The translations under genes were made by a program, and so were the position numbers. The notes below the pieces were generated by a model that was not told the origin of the DNA, did not search any database, and saw nothing but the letters and a program-made list of their open reading frames with translations. A DNA stretch of 47,288 nt, counting the filler, from Sphacelaria rigidula (Eukaryota): assembly GCA_964200075.2 (NCBI GenBank). It is 2 parts of 2 records of this genome, joined end to end, with 100 filler letters (N's around TTAATTAATTAA, not from the genome) between each part and the next. Parts side by side here need not be neighbours in the genome. Positions count along the whole stretch, not along the records: positions 23,703 to 47,288 come from CAXNAA020000256.1; 1 more part is not named here. One strand, 5' to 3'. Shown piece after piece: positions 35,456-47,288 of the stretch. The first letter of the stretch is position 1; each line of letters starts with the position of its first letter.

Positions 35456-37398
35456 CCCTCGGAGCGGCGGCGATCCTCCCGAGAGCTCAAATGAGATGAT
35501 CGCCCCATAAGAAGCTCGTCACGAAAAGAGGGGAATGCTAGGTGCAGTACCCACCGGTTCGCCAGGAAGTTTTTCGTTTTCGGTCAGTAATGAAGTAGTT
35601 TTTGGGCCGAGGGTGAGGTGCGACCTTCGCGACCGCGGACGAACACTTGAGTCTGGCACTTATTTGTTCGGCGAATATGATGCTGATGATACAGGGAGAC
35701 ATACCTGGGCTGTCAAAAGAGTTCTGCGGGAAATTATCTACGGCCGATATTGCCTGCTTTGAGTGCCGACACCAATATTCGGGTCTTCAGTGAGGCCGAC
35801 AGTGCCAAGTACTTCTAGCGTGCGAAGAACGCGTTCTTCTCCGAATCGGCGCCGCGGGCACCGATCAATATGAGGTCTACCAACCCACACTTTGCGTAGA
35901 GAACCTTTCGCAGCCTTCTCCCTGAAGGGTTCACCGTATGCCTTGGGTAGGGGTGAGGGCTTGGCTCAGCGTTGTTTCAATAATGTGTCAACCGCGGTAA
36001 ATTGGAGGCGAAGTGGGCGAAACCCACGTCCTTTCTCGCGAGGGATATGAGAGAAATCTAAACCGGCAGGGAGAAAATGCAGTTGAATGACCCGACATAA
36101 TCGGACCATGCGTCGCCGAAAAGGCGAAAAAACAAACACTCGCCGGACAGCAGCAATGTTTTGCTGCTACGCTCGCACCAACTCCCAGGGGCATGCAACA
36201 GGGTGATCCGAAGGGGTCAGGGCTAGGGTTCCTTCTGATCTTGCTCGGGAAGCCCAGCCTGGGGCCTCCGTCATTTTGGGAAATTTCGGCCTGGCTTCCT
36301 CACTGACCCGTTTTACATTGGCAGGGTGTCCCGTACTGTACGGCACCCTGAAAACTCAGGAGCCACGGGGCCTTCCGTATCAAACGCAATATCAGCTTCC
36401 GCGACCATTCTCAGGGGCAAGTTTCACGGCACGATTGGAACGTCGATCATCAACGATGTGCCGCGAGAGCGAAAGGAAGTATCGTACCACGGAGCAACCG
36501 TCAACCTTCTTGATCCACAAGGGTGACGTCAAGGGTGAGCGCTCTCTCTCCCCTAGCCACCGATTATTTGCGGACGTTCCTGTAGCGAACGCCGCGTTTT
36601 TGAACGTTTGCAGTCGCATTTGTAGACCTCATTTGCGGGTGCTTGTTCTTGTTGGCGCCTCGGAACTGAGCACCTGTTCTGATGGCCAAGTGCATGCATA
36701 TCGATTTTTCTTGGGCTCGAGTTTTCAAGTGTCAGAGTCTCAAGTAGCAGCGCCACCTGTACTACGAAAACAAAACTCTGCAAAGAGACCGTTTCGCGCC
36801 GATTTTCGCCGGAATGCGGAGCTCGGCGGATTGTACCACCTCAGTGAGACTTGGCGCTGTACTCTCTGGGAAGATAGATTCGAGCGCGTTTCCGCCCCCA
36901 ATCGTTCGCTCGCCGAGTTTGACGTTGAGCCGAACAAACGATTTCTTAAGCGACCCCAAACATCGTCATTTCCCTGAGAGGTGGTCGGTATGTATGTGTT
37001 TTCCCGGAGATACCTCGAAGTTTCTTGTGGGCTGTTTGACAAACCGTTTGTCGGACCAAACGTCAAAGTGGGCGCAAGAAGAGGTCGGAAAAGGCCCTGG
37101 AACTCTCTCGGAAAAGTGCGGCAAGGCTGTGCGAGGCGGTACAATCTGCAAAGTCCCGTTCTACTGCTATACAGTAATTCCGGCGAAGATCAGCGTTTCA
37201 TCGCCAAACACAACATGAACATGCGTTTTTCGGCAAGCCCCCCCTCCCCACATACTACGGCAACTTGCCCGACAGCTGGTGAAGCTCGCTTGAAAGAAGC
37301 CTTAGACAACTAGAGTAGGCTTGTTGAATCGGAATCAATTTTACTTGAAAGAAGTAAGTATGCACGATCCAGATGGACTACCCTCGAGGCCTTGAGGG
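35456..37398 (+). mobile_element. Degenerate piggyBac-like transposon relic
   Basis: Left end TTAA|CCCTC and right end GAGGG|TAA. Motif traces: VILGNFGLAS (like VxxDSxFAS), LYGTLKT..RGLP (like GxVKTAxxxFP), and C-terminal HRHFPERWSVCMC...TICKVPFYC...RFIAKH resembling the piggyBac cysteine-rich domain. Frameshifted. Confidence 0.5.
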
Positions 37399-37419
37399 TA
37401 ACGAGCCGACGATCAAAAC

Positions 37420-38197
37420 GAAAGCATGGAGCTTTTCATTGAGGATGATAACCCGGATAAGGCAAATCTTCGTATCCACAACATGTTCTCCGAAATAAGC
37501 TTGCGTTCCTTATTCCTCTACTGGTATCTATTGGCAGCTACAGAACGCCATAGATACTTGGGGATCCCGACAGCCGAAGTTTTGGGGGTCCTGGCGAGGA
37601 AACAATCCTGGGGGACTGTTGGTGGGTACGAATATTTGAATTTTCCGGGTCATCATCCTCAATGAAAAGCTCCATCCTCAATTTTGGTAATCGGCTGTTC
37701 ATTGTCATGCCACGACTTCGTGACCCGTGTTTGACGCGTACGTCACCTATTAACACGGGATTTTACAACTTGGGGATGGATCTTCTATTGGAGAGGAGAA
37801 GCCCGGAGAATTCAAATCTTCGTATCCACACCAAATCTTTGAAATATGGTTCCATTTCTTCACCCACTGGTAGCTACTGACAACTGCTACACGTCATAGA
37901 AATTGGAATTTCGATCACCGAAATGTTTGGGTCCTAGGTGAGAAAACAATTTCAGGGAATTTCGGGTGTCCGAACGGACGCCAAAATGGTTCCGAAATCG
38001 GTTTTCTCCCTAGGGCCCCAACATTTTGGCAATCGAAATCCAAATTTGTATGGCGTGTAGAAGTTGTTAATAGCTACCCGTAGGTGAAAAGAATGGGACC
38101 ATATTTCGAAGATTTGGTGTGGATAGAAAGAGTTGAATTCTCCGGGTTTCTCATCCCCAATACAAGATCCATCCCCAATTTGTAAGATCCCGTGTTT
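37420..38197. repeat. Foldback repeat cluster (inverted pair about 37426-37690 and a palindromic unit about 37752-38197)
   Basis: aacacgggattttacaacttggggatggatctt is mirrored by aagatccatccccaatttgtaagatcccgtgtt. A related motif, atggagcttttcattgaggatga, occurs on both strands. Confidence 0.8.
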
Positions 38198-38215
38198 ATT
38201 GTACATGCCGATATA

Positions 38216-38650
38216 CAGTCAGCCCTTCTGTACAGAGCTTTTCTCCAGTGTCCAAACATGATACACCTCTTTTCTATGCTCACCGCATTTGTTTAACTTT
38301 GCTTCGTCCTGAACTCCTCGTGTATCGGAGGATATGTCCTCATATGTTCGGCACCAAAGCACAGCTGCATCGGGATATTTGGGAGATTTTGCCCTGCGCG
38401 ACGAAGAAAATGACACGGGGTTTACATCATTTAATTCAACGCGACGAATTTTTGTCAGCACGAGGAATATCCCACCATGTTTGGGTCCCGAGCCGTTTTT
38501 GCTCGAGACTTCACCTGAGCAATTAGGTCGGGAAATGTTCACCGCGTGCCCTCTCGAACCCCGGTCATGGATCCAGAAGATCAGGGTCCATCCGCAGCAG
38601 GCGGTGGACGCAAACATGAACGCAGTGTATGTGTTGATGATGTAGGAGCA
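38216..38650 (-). mobile_element. Possible mariner-type transposase C-terminal relic with one TA|CAGTC end
   Basis: TA|CAGTCAGCCCT terminus. ORF 38219-38617(-) has IFWIHDRGSRGH (like QQDxAxPH) and ELNDVNPVSFSS (like SPDLNxxDLGFF) at roughly mariner-like spacing. Weak. Confidence 0.3.
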
Positions 38651-39949
38651 CGAACGGCACGATCAGTCTGTCTGTCCCAGGAGCTGCGCCTGCGCGCAGC
38701 ACAGTCAGGAGTGATTGATCATATGCGTGCGCGTGTTGATCAATCTTGTGCACGCACCTTGATTTTGGGGGGGGGGCGGTGAAGCGAAAGGATCGTCACC
38801 GTCTGCAATTAGCCGTCTTGAACTAAATATTGGGCGCAGCGGCTTGTTGCCGCGGCACCGAGCCGATATCCTGCACCGCTTCCTGTTACGAAGAATTCAT
38901 AGACGGTCGGCACCTCCAACGTGTAGCACTCACAGATACCATGAAGATCGGAGTGGTGTCCGTTGCTGCGCTTATTCGACGGCGTTTGCGCCATGTTGTT
39001 CACATGCAACTGCACTGTGGATTCCCCGATAACGGAGCGATACCCGTTACCCTGTACAATACTGCAGGATCTTCCGTGCATTGTCTGTGGTGGAGTGATA
39101 CGCAGTAGTACGTGGAAATGATGCCTTGGGCCTAATGGATCGAAGAACATGCGGCGAAACTGAACTCGAATCCTACTGTATGTAGTATTCTCACACGAGC
39201 TCCACAAACTGTTCCGCCCAGACCCGCGGTCACGGGGTCGTAAGGAAACGTATAGCCACCAACAGGTCATGCCTGAGCCTGCGGGTGATGCGATCATGGG
39301 CACGGCACCGAAAAGCTCTCCACGACAGCCACCAAAAAAAGAGGCTGTGGCCGGTCGATGTCTTGAGATTCGAATGACGGGTTGTTGTTCCATCAATTTT
39401 CCCTCTTTTCCCGTAGAAAACCGTACGGGACCCCACATACAAGGCCGAGGTGGTCCATGCCGAATGAGGGGGCCTTGCGTCGAAAACGGTCTGCAACCGA
39501 TTTAAGGCCGATTCGACCTTATATCGAATGAAGCGTCGTATTGTGTCACCAGGCTCCCCCCTATAAGGCCGAACCTTCCTTCTGTCGGGGCCAACAAGCG
39601 GCGAGCGTTGTTCCAGTTGACGGAGGATAAAACCACTACATTGCATTGAGCAAATGCCGCGGTAGGGGCGCACTTTTTTGTTCTGAGGCTTTTCGTTGTA
39701 GGAGCCTCTCGATGACAAATGTCTGGGCCTTGGTCTGCAACCTCAGACAAGCCTCAGACAAGGCTTGACCCAAAAGTGCACCCCTGACTATTGGCTTCAT
39801 GTATCAAGGCGAGGTGTTGTCTCTACGGTTGTTGCAGGAGATCGTGCGCTCCCAATCCCCTCTGGTGGTGGGAGGTGGGGACACAGAGAACAGAAACGAA
39901 CTCGGGCTATTTCTCGGCCGCAGCACCCGCGGTTTGCGAAGGGCAATCT

Positions 39950-40620
39950 ATTGATTTCCCCTTTCCCAGAGAACATCCAATCAAATGAATAAAAAAGACA
40001 TCAATGAAACTACGCCAGCCCAACATGCCCCTTTGTTGTATACCGCTGTTTCCCGCTTGTCCAAACAACACAGAACGACAAAACATCCATCGCAAAAAAG
40101 GCATGCCTACCCAACAACATACCCTTTTATTGTACACCGCTGCCTTTCCCTTGCCCCCAAAAATCCTAAACAACGAGAAATCGACGAAAAACCGATATCC
40201 CAAACCAACAGACCCCTTTATTGTATACAGTTGCCTTTGTCTTGTTCAAAACCACCCGAACAACAGTACAACAGCAAGAAAACCATCCCCACACAGCATA
40301 CGCCTTGAATGTATACAACTGTCTCCCCCTCGTCCAGAGAAACCCAAAAATGACAGAAATACAAGAAAAAGCCATCCCAACCCAAAAATTGCTTTTTATT
40401 TCATACCGTTGCCTTCCCCTTGTCCAAGAAAAGTCGAAGAGCAGAAAGATAACAAAAAATATATACCCAACCGAACAGACCCTTTTATCGCATACCGCTG
40501 TCTTCACCTTGTCCAAGAAACCCCAAAACGAGATGAAAATTAGAAGAAAAAATTGTCCCAACCGAACAGACTCTTCTATCGCATACCGGTGTCTTCCCCT
40601 GATCCGAAGAATCAAACGAC
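39950..40620 (+). repeat. Tandem repeat of about 90 bp, 7-8 diverged units
   Basis: Units cccaac..acagaccc.tttat.g.ataccgctg.ctt.ccttgtccaagaaa start near 40020, 40110, 40200, 40288, 40376, 40466 and 40557. Confidence 0.9.
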
Positions 40621-40761
40621 AACAACAGAATGTCCTAACTCAACACATCATTTGAATAAGCACCGTTTTCAATTATACGCGCGCATCGGAGTATCACACG
40701 ACAAGGTCGAAAAAACACCTTCATTCCGTCCTGCATGGGTGAGCCCTCGGACTGCCCCACT

Positions 40762-42460
40762 TTTGATTTGATTTGTTGATTGGTTGTCGCACTTTGACTG
40801 ACCCCACAGGGATCCAGCCGCGGCAACATCACAGACGTACCCGAGACAAAACACAAGTGGAACACTCGCTGAAAAAAACAAAAACATGAAAAGCTTGGAC
40901 AGATTGACAGAGTAGACTACGACAGAAAATGAAGATAAATGAACGACAAGAAGAGACAACAAATGGCCGGCCCCTGCCACATGGCTTCGACGGAAAAGGT
41001 CTTACGCAGAACCACACTGATACGCAGTCGTGGAAAACAAAAGGCCGTGGGGAAGGAAGGAAAAGATCGCGGCTCATCTATCTACTACGACCGCACTATT
41101 TGGAGTATGAATCCTCTCATCCACGGACAAACACAATAAAGCGAGGTACCCCACTGCTCTGTCATACGGCGGCAGGAAAGAACACACATGTAGACAGAAA
41201 GATGGAGGAAAAGGAGAGCAGAGAATAAGGAAACTACGGCAGTGGTGAAGCCCGAAGAATTCAGGGCAGCAGAGTAGATACAAACACCAGGCGGCACCGC
41301 AGAGGTACCGACGAAGAACACAATCAACAACCGGTATGAGCAGACATAATTCTTCGATCGACGGCTCTCGATGCAGCAGTCTCTTGTGACGGCGGTCCGG
41401 TTCTCGCGTGTTTCCTGTCGCTACGTGTCCTCAATTTTCCTGTCGCTACGTGTCCTCAAACTCTTCTGCTCCCTTTTCGACTCCAATATGCCATTTGCCC
41501 ATGTTCTTCGCCGCAGTGAGCTCATCGTATGCATCGTCGAACTTCATTGTACACCGTAAACGAACCATTTCTGTCGCGCTCCTTCGTGCGGAATAGCCCC
41601 TAGTGCACGTAGGTTCTTCTGGAGGTTTTCCTCCCATCGTTTGGGGCGGCGGCCAGTCTCCCTGGGCCCTCGTGCGGCTAACCGTCCGGTCATGATGCAC
41701 TTAGGAAGGCGTGCTTCCTTCTTCTGAACAAGTGCTCCGGCGAACCAGCGATGACGTTTCCGGATAGTCGTCTCGGTACGCTCGCAGTGGTCATCTCGAG
41801 CACCGCTCGGTACGGAGGTGTCTTGTAGCCATTTTCGACATTTCCTGCGGAATCCAACCACTCGCAGCAAAAGCTTGAGATGGGGAGTGCGCAGACCGTC
41901 AAAGTCCTCAGAACGCAACGTCTATGTGGCACATCCGTACATCAGAGCTTCTACCACCTCCGCTTTAAGCAGCCGGACTTTGAGGGATAGCTGGGCGTTG
42001 GGGCGATCGTAGAATTGGGAGCCATATTTTCGGATACGCGCCCACGTTGCGCTGATGCGGCGGCTGGTTTCGATGGACACTTCCGCATCCGCGCTGATAG
42101 CACCACCAAGCAAGACGAACTTCCCCGCCTGCTTATATCGTTGACCCGCAGCTTTGATGTGCAGGGCGGTCTCCATGGAACTGGGTACTGACCACAGGCG
42201 CATGGACTCTGTCTTGCACTCGGAGACCGCGAGGCCGGATTCCCGGCCGGTCACCACTACCACACCCATCACTCGAGCAAGGCCGTCTGAGGTCCTCGAG
42301 ACTATGCCGGCGTCATCCGCCAGAAGCATTGCTCACACCGCGCGACGCACCTTTTCCAGCGGCGTCTCTTCCAGGTGTTCACCGTCACCTTTTGGCGCAT
42401 CATTTGGAAAATCCAAGTCAGGGATGATCACTGGGTCCACCGCGAACCGCTGAACGATTT
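40762..42460 (-). mobile_element. 5'-truncated, inactivated RTE-like LINE (RT C-terminal half, 3' UTR and CAAT-type tail)
   Basis: Reads RRAV*AMLLADDAGIVSRTSDGLARVM...GLAVSECKTE...FVLLGGAIS...LKVRLLKAEVVEALMYGCAT*...RWFAGALV..RLPKCIM, with stops and frameshifts. The tail gtgcgacaaccaatcaacaaatcaaatc is at about 40762-40795. Confidence 0.9.
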
Positions 42461-42949
42461 ACGTCGACCAAGGCTTCCCTGCATCACCACGGTAGCAGCA
42501 CCTGTCATCGCGACGACACTGCCACCCCTTGCATGTTGTGCACAACGTGTACAAGCTCCGACAGGACCCCAGGACACCACGAAGCTCCAATGGCGACTTT
42601 GCACACAGCTCTTGATTCAGATGGGAAGACTCGGGATTCTCTTTGCTGTTACACCAACTCAGTAGCAGAAAGGAAGGGGAAGCAAGAGAGAATATTTCAC
42701 GCTCCACACAAGCGTGAGTCAGACGTGCTGTTGAAAAAGGAAGTTCACGACTGAAGCTCCAAAACAGCAGGGGAAAAGGGGACCGGAGGGGTGGGGGGTG
42801 GGGTGTGGGGGGGCAGAGACCTGTATCGACTACTTGAGTCTAGTGTTGACGAGTGAGCCCGTTGTTTCTAGCTTCAATATAACATGTTGGCACTTGGATT
42901 CATGTTGGCGCGGAGCTTCCGAACTTATCGAGCCCCAACCCCCCCTCGG

Positions 42950-43600
42950 CTCACGTTCATGTCAGGCACGAAACACGCGTTTTTCGATCCTCCGGTCTCA
43001 GCTTACGGGTCGCTCCCTGGTTGCTGAAGATCTCCCGCCTCGACCATACCAGGTCACATAAGTTTGGATTCTCGACCGTTTGGAAGGTCGTGTGCCGCTG
43101 CATAGGCGCAATACACATGTACGTCGTATAAAGTGGCATGCCATGTGCTCAGGAGTCGGAGGTTCGTGGACGCAACCATATGTCGTAGCCGCGTTCGCGT
43201 ACGTATAGGTGTTTGTCGATAACAAGACTCGGACAATGTGCGGAAACTTCCGCAACGAATGTTCCACCATCGTGGCAACAGAACGCAGTACGAGCATTTT
43301 CTCTGCGAATTCTGGACGGATCAAGTCCAATTCCTATGCCTACCATCGCCCCGCCCCGCTGGTCTTATGGTGAACTCCAACCCAGTAGATCGGAAGATTG
43401 CGGGCTCGAACCTTGCCGGCTGCGCTTGGATTTTTCCCTGAGAAGAGTCTGAAGACCGTCGTCGAAACATGATGGCGTGAGTGGCCGGCCGAGAGAGTTT
43501 ACTGTGGTCAGCGAGAGTGTGCGCGGTGGAGGGGCGCCGATCCCCTTCATGACACCAAAGCGCGAGCCGTGTACCACGGTAGAGATGTGTCAATCCCTTG
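42950..43600 (-). mobile_element. Possible copia integrase remnant
   Basis: Traces: IMF-DD (like vDDxSR), HDGGTFVAEVSAHCPSLVI (like SDxGGEF..F..C...I) and PPTPEH (like TPxQNG). Decayed. Confidence 0.35.
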
Positions 43601-45349
43601 AGACCACGGGATAATCCCGAGGACGGAGTGGGGTAGAAAGTGTGATCGGAGAGTAAAAAAGGAGAGCTACACCGCGTCGCACGCTAGAGAAGCACGTAAA
43701 TCGCGTACACACGAACCGGGAGAATATAGGCGCCAGCTTACAGCTGAGTCACGTCGAGCGCCGAACGTTGCTTGTGTTTTTCGCAGTCTATCGCGGGAAC
43801 GACACATTGGCATTTGAAACAGTGCCTATTCCCGGCACAGCCCAATTTGCATCATGTTCCGCGTCTTGGGCTGCCCTTGCTCCTTCGCGCCTAGACCAAG
43901 CTCCAGTTTAGCGAAGGGCGCGTCGGTACACGCTGCAAGTCCCCACCCAATCGAACCCTGAACGAAATTCGCGCAACATTCGTGCGCTCAGATGTCAACC
44001 GGGGCTCGGTGGTGGTGTGAGTCGACCCAAATGAAGCAGAGCTTCACCACGGCGACGACTAAAGCGAGGCCTCCATTCCTGGTCGTCAACCCACAACACG
44101 AAACAAAGCGATAACGTCCTCGAAGAACTGAGTCAGATGAGTTCTGAAGGTTTGTCTTGATCAACTCCACTCTGCCGTTGCGTCAATTGTTTGGTACTTC
44201 TCTGCACGGCAGATGGGGAGCAAGCGTAGTGGGATAAGACCCGAGCTTCAACGGGGTACGTCTGCGACCGTGTACTGGGAACTTGGTCCAGGCGATGACG
44301 GCGTAGGTCTGACCATCTAGCAGGGAGGAAATCGGGTGCAGAGCTTCGTGTGAGACGTTTCGGCGTTCGCAGGTATCATACTTAGGGTCGCTTCCAGCGC
44401 CGAGTGGAATTCTACGTTTTGTTGATTCGATGTCTTCTGGTACGACTATCCCTGCAGCAGGGGTCCTGCGCAAAGAGCGCGCGGAGACGCTCGCAAGCCT
44501 TCGAACACTAACCACTAGATCACTTACGGTTGGCGTTTTCTTCGTTGGACGTCTTTCAGTACATCAGTGGGGTCGTTACAGCACAACCTACCACCCGGGG
44601 CCCATACCGGGGGGGGGAGACCAACGTCTACTACATGCACCAGTCAGAATACTACAGAGCAGGGGCTTGACATGTTGTTCACTAGCTGTTCAAAACGTGA
44701 TTACTGCGGTAAACGTGAATATCGGCAGCACTGCGGTATCCATCAACCTCGTGAGACCGAATGCTAGACGATGTGCGCAGGAAGCTCTTTCGCGTTCTTA
44801 GTTGTGTACAATAGGAAGGTAACTGATAGGTGGCGTGCTTCACTCCTCCACGTCAGGAGTGATGGGAGTGTGACGGTGACCTCTGCACCACACTCGTCAA
44901 CGTCCGACGGCGGCAATTGCCAATGTCTTCCGCCCGCATTCCTACTCTGCCGCCGTCCATCACATTAGAATAGTGCCAAAACCCGTACGAATATCGCGGT
45001 ATGTTGCTTCTCCTCCTGAGGTGCGGGGCAGACGTCTGGAATCGCGACTTCTTTTTTTTTTCAAGCAAGGCGTTTTCTGCGGCTTTCCCACGGTGACGCT
45101 ATGTTGTTTTACCCGATCAGGTCGTTCACCGGTAGAATGGCGCCTTGAATATCTCGGGGGAACACAAACAATGAAGTTTCCCGCTCGTGTTTCGTCACAA
45201 GCAGAGGACGCAAAATGTAGGGGCGTATCTTGGTAGCTGCGTACATCGGCTGTTGAACGGTTTGCGGCATTGTGTCCGAGTCCGACCCTCACGCGCTCGA
45301 CAACCAAAGCCTTTGCGGGAGTAACCGTCGGCTCATACTAGCATGCACG

Positions 45350-46190
45350 TTCATTGTGATACAAACCCTCCACGGTACGTGCGGCACGATGCCAGGAAAT
45401 CGTGGTATGGCATTCCGCGGTAATGGAATAACAATTTTGCGCTACAGCGGTACGGTGCGATGATGGAACGTGAACGTTTATGCGGAACTACGGGTGTCCC
45501 TCTTGGACCTCCCGCCGTACGTGCGAGTGCTACATGGGTGTGGTGTTGACATTTGTCTCCTGTATTTTCTGGTGGCGCTACACCAATCACACGAGCAGGG
45601 ATCGGAGCGATCAAGCGGCCACCGACCGAAAACTCGCGATTTGGCTGTCGTTCATACCGGTGAAGTGTGCCCCGGGGAAAGTAAGCCCCGATACAATAGC
45701 CAAGTGATGTAATTCTGCAGAGGAGGGCAAACATGACATCGATACAGTGTTGAGACGGCCTGGGTGCTCCCGGGGTCAAGTTTTGCTCACAAGACACGTG
45801 AAAGTTCGGCGTGCTCGTTCATCATTTGGGTTAAGATAAGAGTAAGAAAAACACTGCGGACCTCCCTGCCGTCCTCTCCGCAGACACAACCCATCTCATT
45901 TACACGTAGCAGCACGCAGCTGAGAGATAAGGTGAACCGAGCGCACGCTACGACTGGAATGTGCAGCAATGGCAGAGGCTGCCGCTTCTGTACATTCCGC
46001 CATCCAGCCAGGGTTGGCAGTAGCGAAATCGGGGTCACAAGCCGCCGGTAACTACTGCACACGAGCCGGTGAGGATTTGAGTTCGGTTGGTACATATTTC
46101 CGCGTATGTACGATAGTGTGGTGTCACGTTGTGTACTATGTTGTACTACACTATACTGTACTGTACCGTGCTGATATACAGTATTTCACT
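45350..46190 (+). mobile_element. Unclassified dispersed element of about 800 bp, copy B
   Basis: Colinear homolog of 33700-34520, ending in tactgtactgtacc. Confidence 0.8.
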
Positions 46191-46510
46191 CCACTTGCAG
46201 ACACGATTGTGTGACCCTAGACGTTCCGCCATGCCCTACTGTTCGCCACAGTACAATACTCTGGAATGAGCCGTAGGTTGAAACCAACGGATCAAATGTT
46301 TGTAATGACGATACGTTCTACGTCCAGATGGCAGTCCCTGCGTCCTCGCCTGTAGTCCGCAGTCAGCTGCGCCTCCTCGGGTGTGTACGGCAACGGCGAG
46401 GGCGGGGTACCCGGGCAGGGGTTGTTCAGTGTTAGGGCGGGGATTTTCCGTTCTCGTCAGAGTCATCCTACGATGGAGAGGGTGTACTCATGATCATGCA
46501 TGCCATATTC

Positions 46511-46696
46511 CACAGGCACCGTAGGTAAGGTAGGTACCCGGTACCGGTATTTGGGACATCTCATACCCTACCGATACCGACCCAATCCGGTATTTTGAAA
46601 TCTCATACCTACGATACCTACGTATACCGCGGTATGGGATACCCCGGTAAATACCGGGAGTACGCTCGGTACGGTACCTTACCTACGGTGCCTGTG
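46511..46696. mobile_element. hAT-type MITE (186 bp)
   Basis: Perfect 22-bp TIRs CACAGGCACCGTAGGTAAGGTA and 8-bp TSD CCATATTC (46503-46510, 46697-46704). Inserted into a copy of the 23710 repeat family. Confidence 0.93.
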
Positions 46697-46939
46697 CCAT
46701 ATTCATGAGAGAGGGGGGATATTTTGGGCCACTTCTTGCACGAAATGCCAAGTCAAAGCGTCCTTAAAAGCAGGAACGGGTGTTCGAACGAGCTAGATAT
46801 ACATAAATAACGCTCATTCATACTGCTTGATATCGTCTTGAACCAAATACAAGCGCAGCGCGAGCGTGGCAGGTCGTCTGACACACCTGTGAGCCTCTTT
46901 CTTCGTGCAATCGAATACCCCCCCCCCCCTCCTATCGTA

Positions 46940-47288
46940 GGAAATAGAAATACTTCGATATTTGACAAGGAGTTGCACAAGGACGTACGTTATCACCCAC
47001 TTTGTCCAAGGTATCTATCAATGACTTGATCATAGCAACAGAAGCAGCAAAGCAAGGGGTCAAGGTGGGTGACGATATGATATCAGGATTGATGTCCGCG
47101 GATAATTTTGTGGGGATTTCAGAAACACCGGAAGGATTACAGACACAGATAGACAAGGCGCTAGAATACACTAGGACATGGAGAGTGACAGCGAACGTCA
47201 ACAAATGCGCGGTAGTCGTCTGTCACGAAGACAAGGAAAATCCGGTAGAGTTCAGATGGAAGTGGGGAGAAGAGGAACTGCCGTTCGT
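46940..47288 (+). mobile_element. LINE reverse-transcriptase fragment (second family), running off the window end
   Basis: Reads KYFDI*QGVAQGRTLSPTLSKVSINDL...GLMSADNFVGISETPEGLQTQIDKALEYTRTWRVTANVNKCAVV. It has the GVxQG..LSP motif and a mutated (F)ADD motif. Confidence 0.9.

Noticed and set aside
43345..43415. Third tRNA-derived SINE head (tggtcttatggtg...gggctcgaacc)
   Set aside because: Only weak A/B box similarity and no matching SINE body follows, so it was not called.

Overview
Eukaryotic, repeat-dense genomic DNA, most likely from a brown alga (Phaeophyceae). This is inferred from the GT-AG introns, the style of the LINE/SINE/MITE families and a (CCCTAA)3 tract. Two protein-coding genes can be rebuilt by hand, and they converge. 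(1) An 8-exon + strand gene (11723-18573, 617 aa, all seven introns phase 0) encodes a type II membrane GDP-fucose-dependent fucosyltransferase-like protein with GT37/GT23/GT11-type motifs, a candidate cell-wall fucan or glycoprotein fucosylation enzyme. (2) A 5'-incomplete - strand gene (exons 23265-22297 and 21956-20607) encodes a low-complexity, probably disordered protein of unknown function, and its 5' part lies across an artificial 100-bp contig linker (23603-23702). The rest is transposon-derived: TA-flanked Tc1/mariner-type MITEs, hAT MITEs with 8-bp TSDs (two of them nested in other repeats), foldback elements, tRNA-derived SINEs, two recognisable LINE RT fragments, degenerate copia, piggyBac and mariner relics, and 41-bp and about 90-bp tandem arrays. 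No rRNA, true tRNA, CRISPR array or prokaryote-type system is supported. All family assignments come from recognising motifs by eye, not from database searches.
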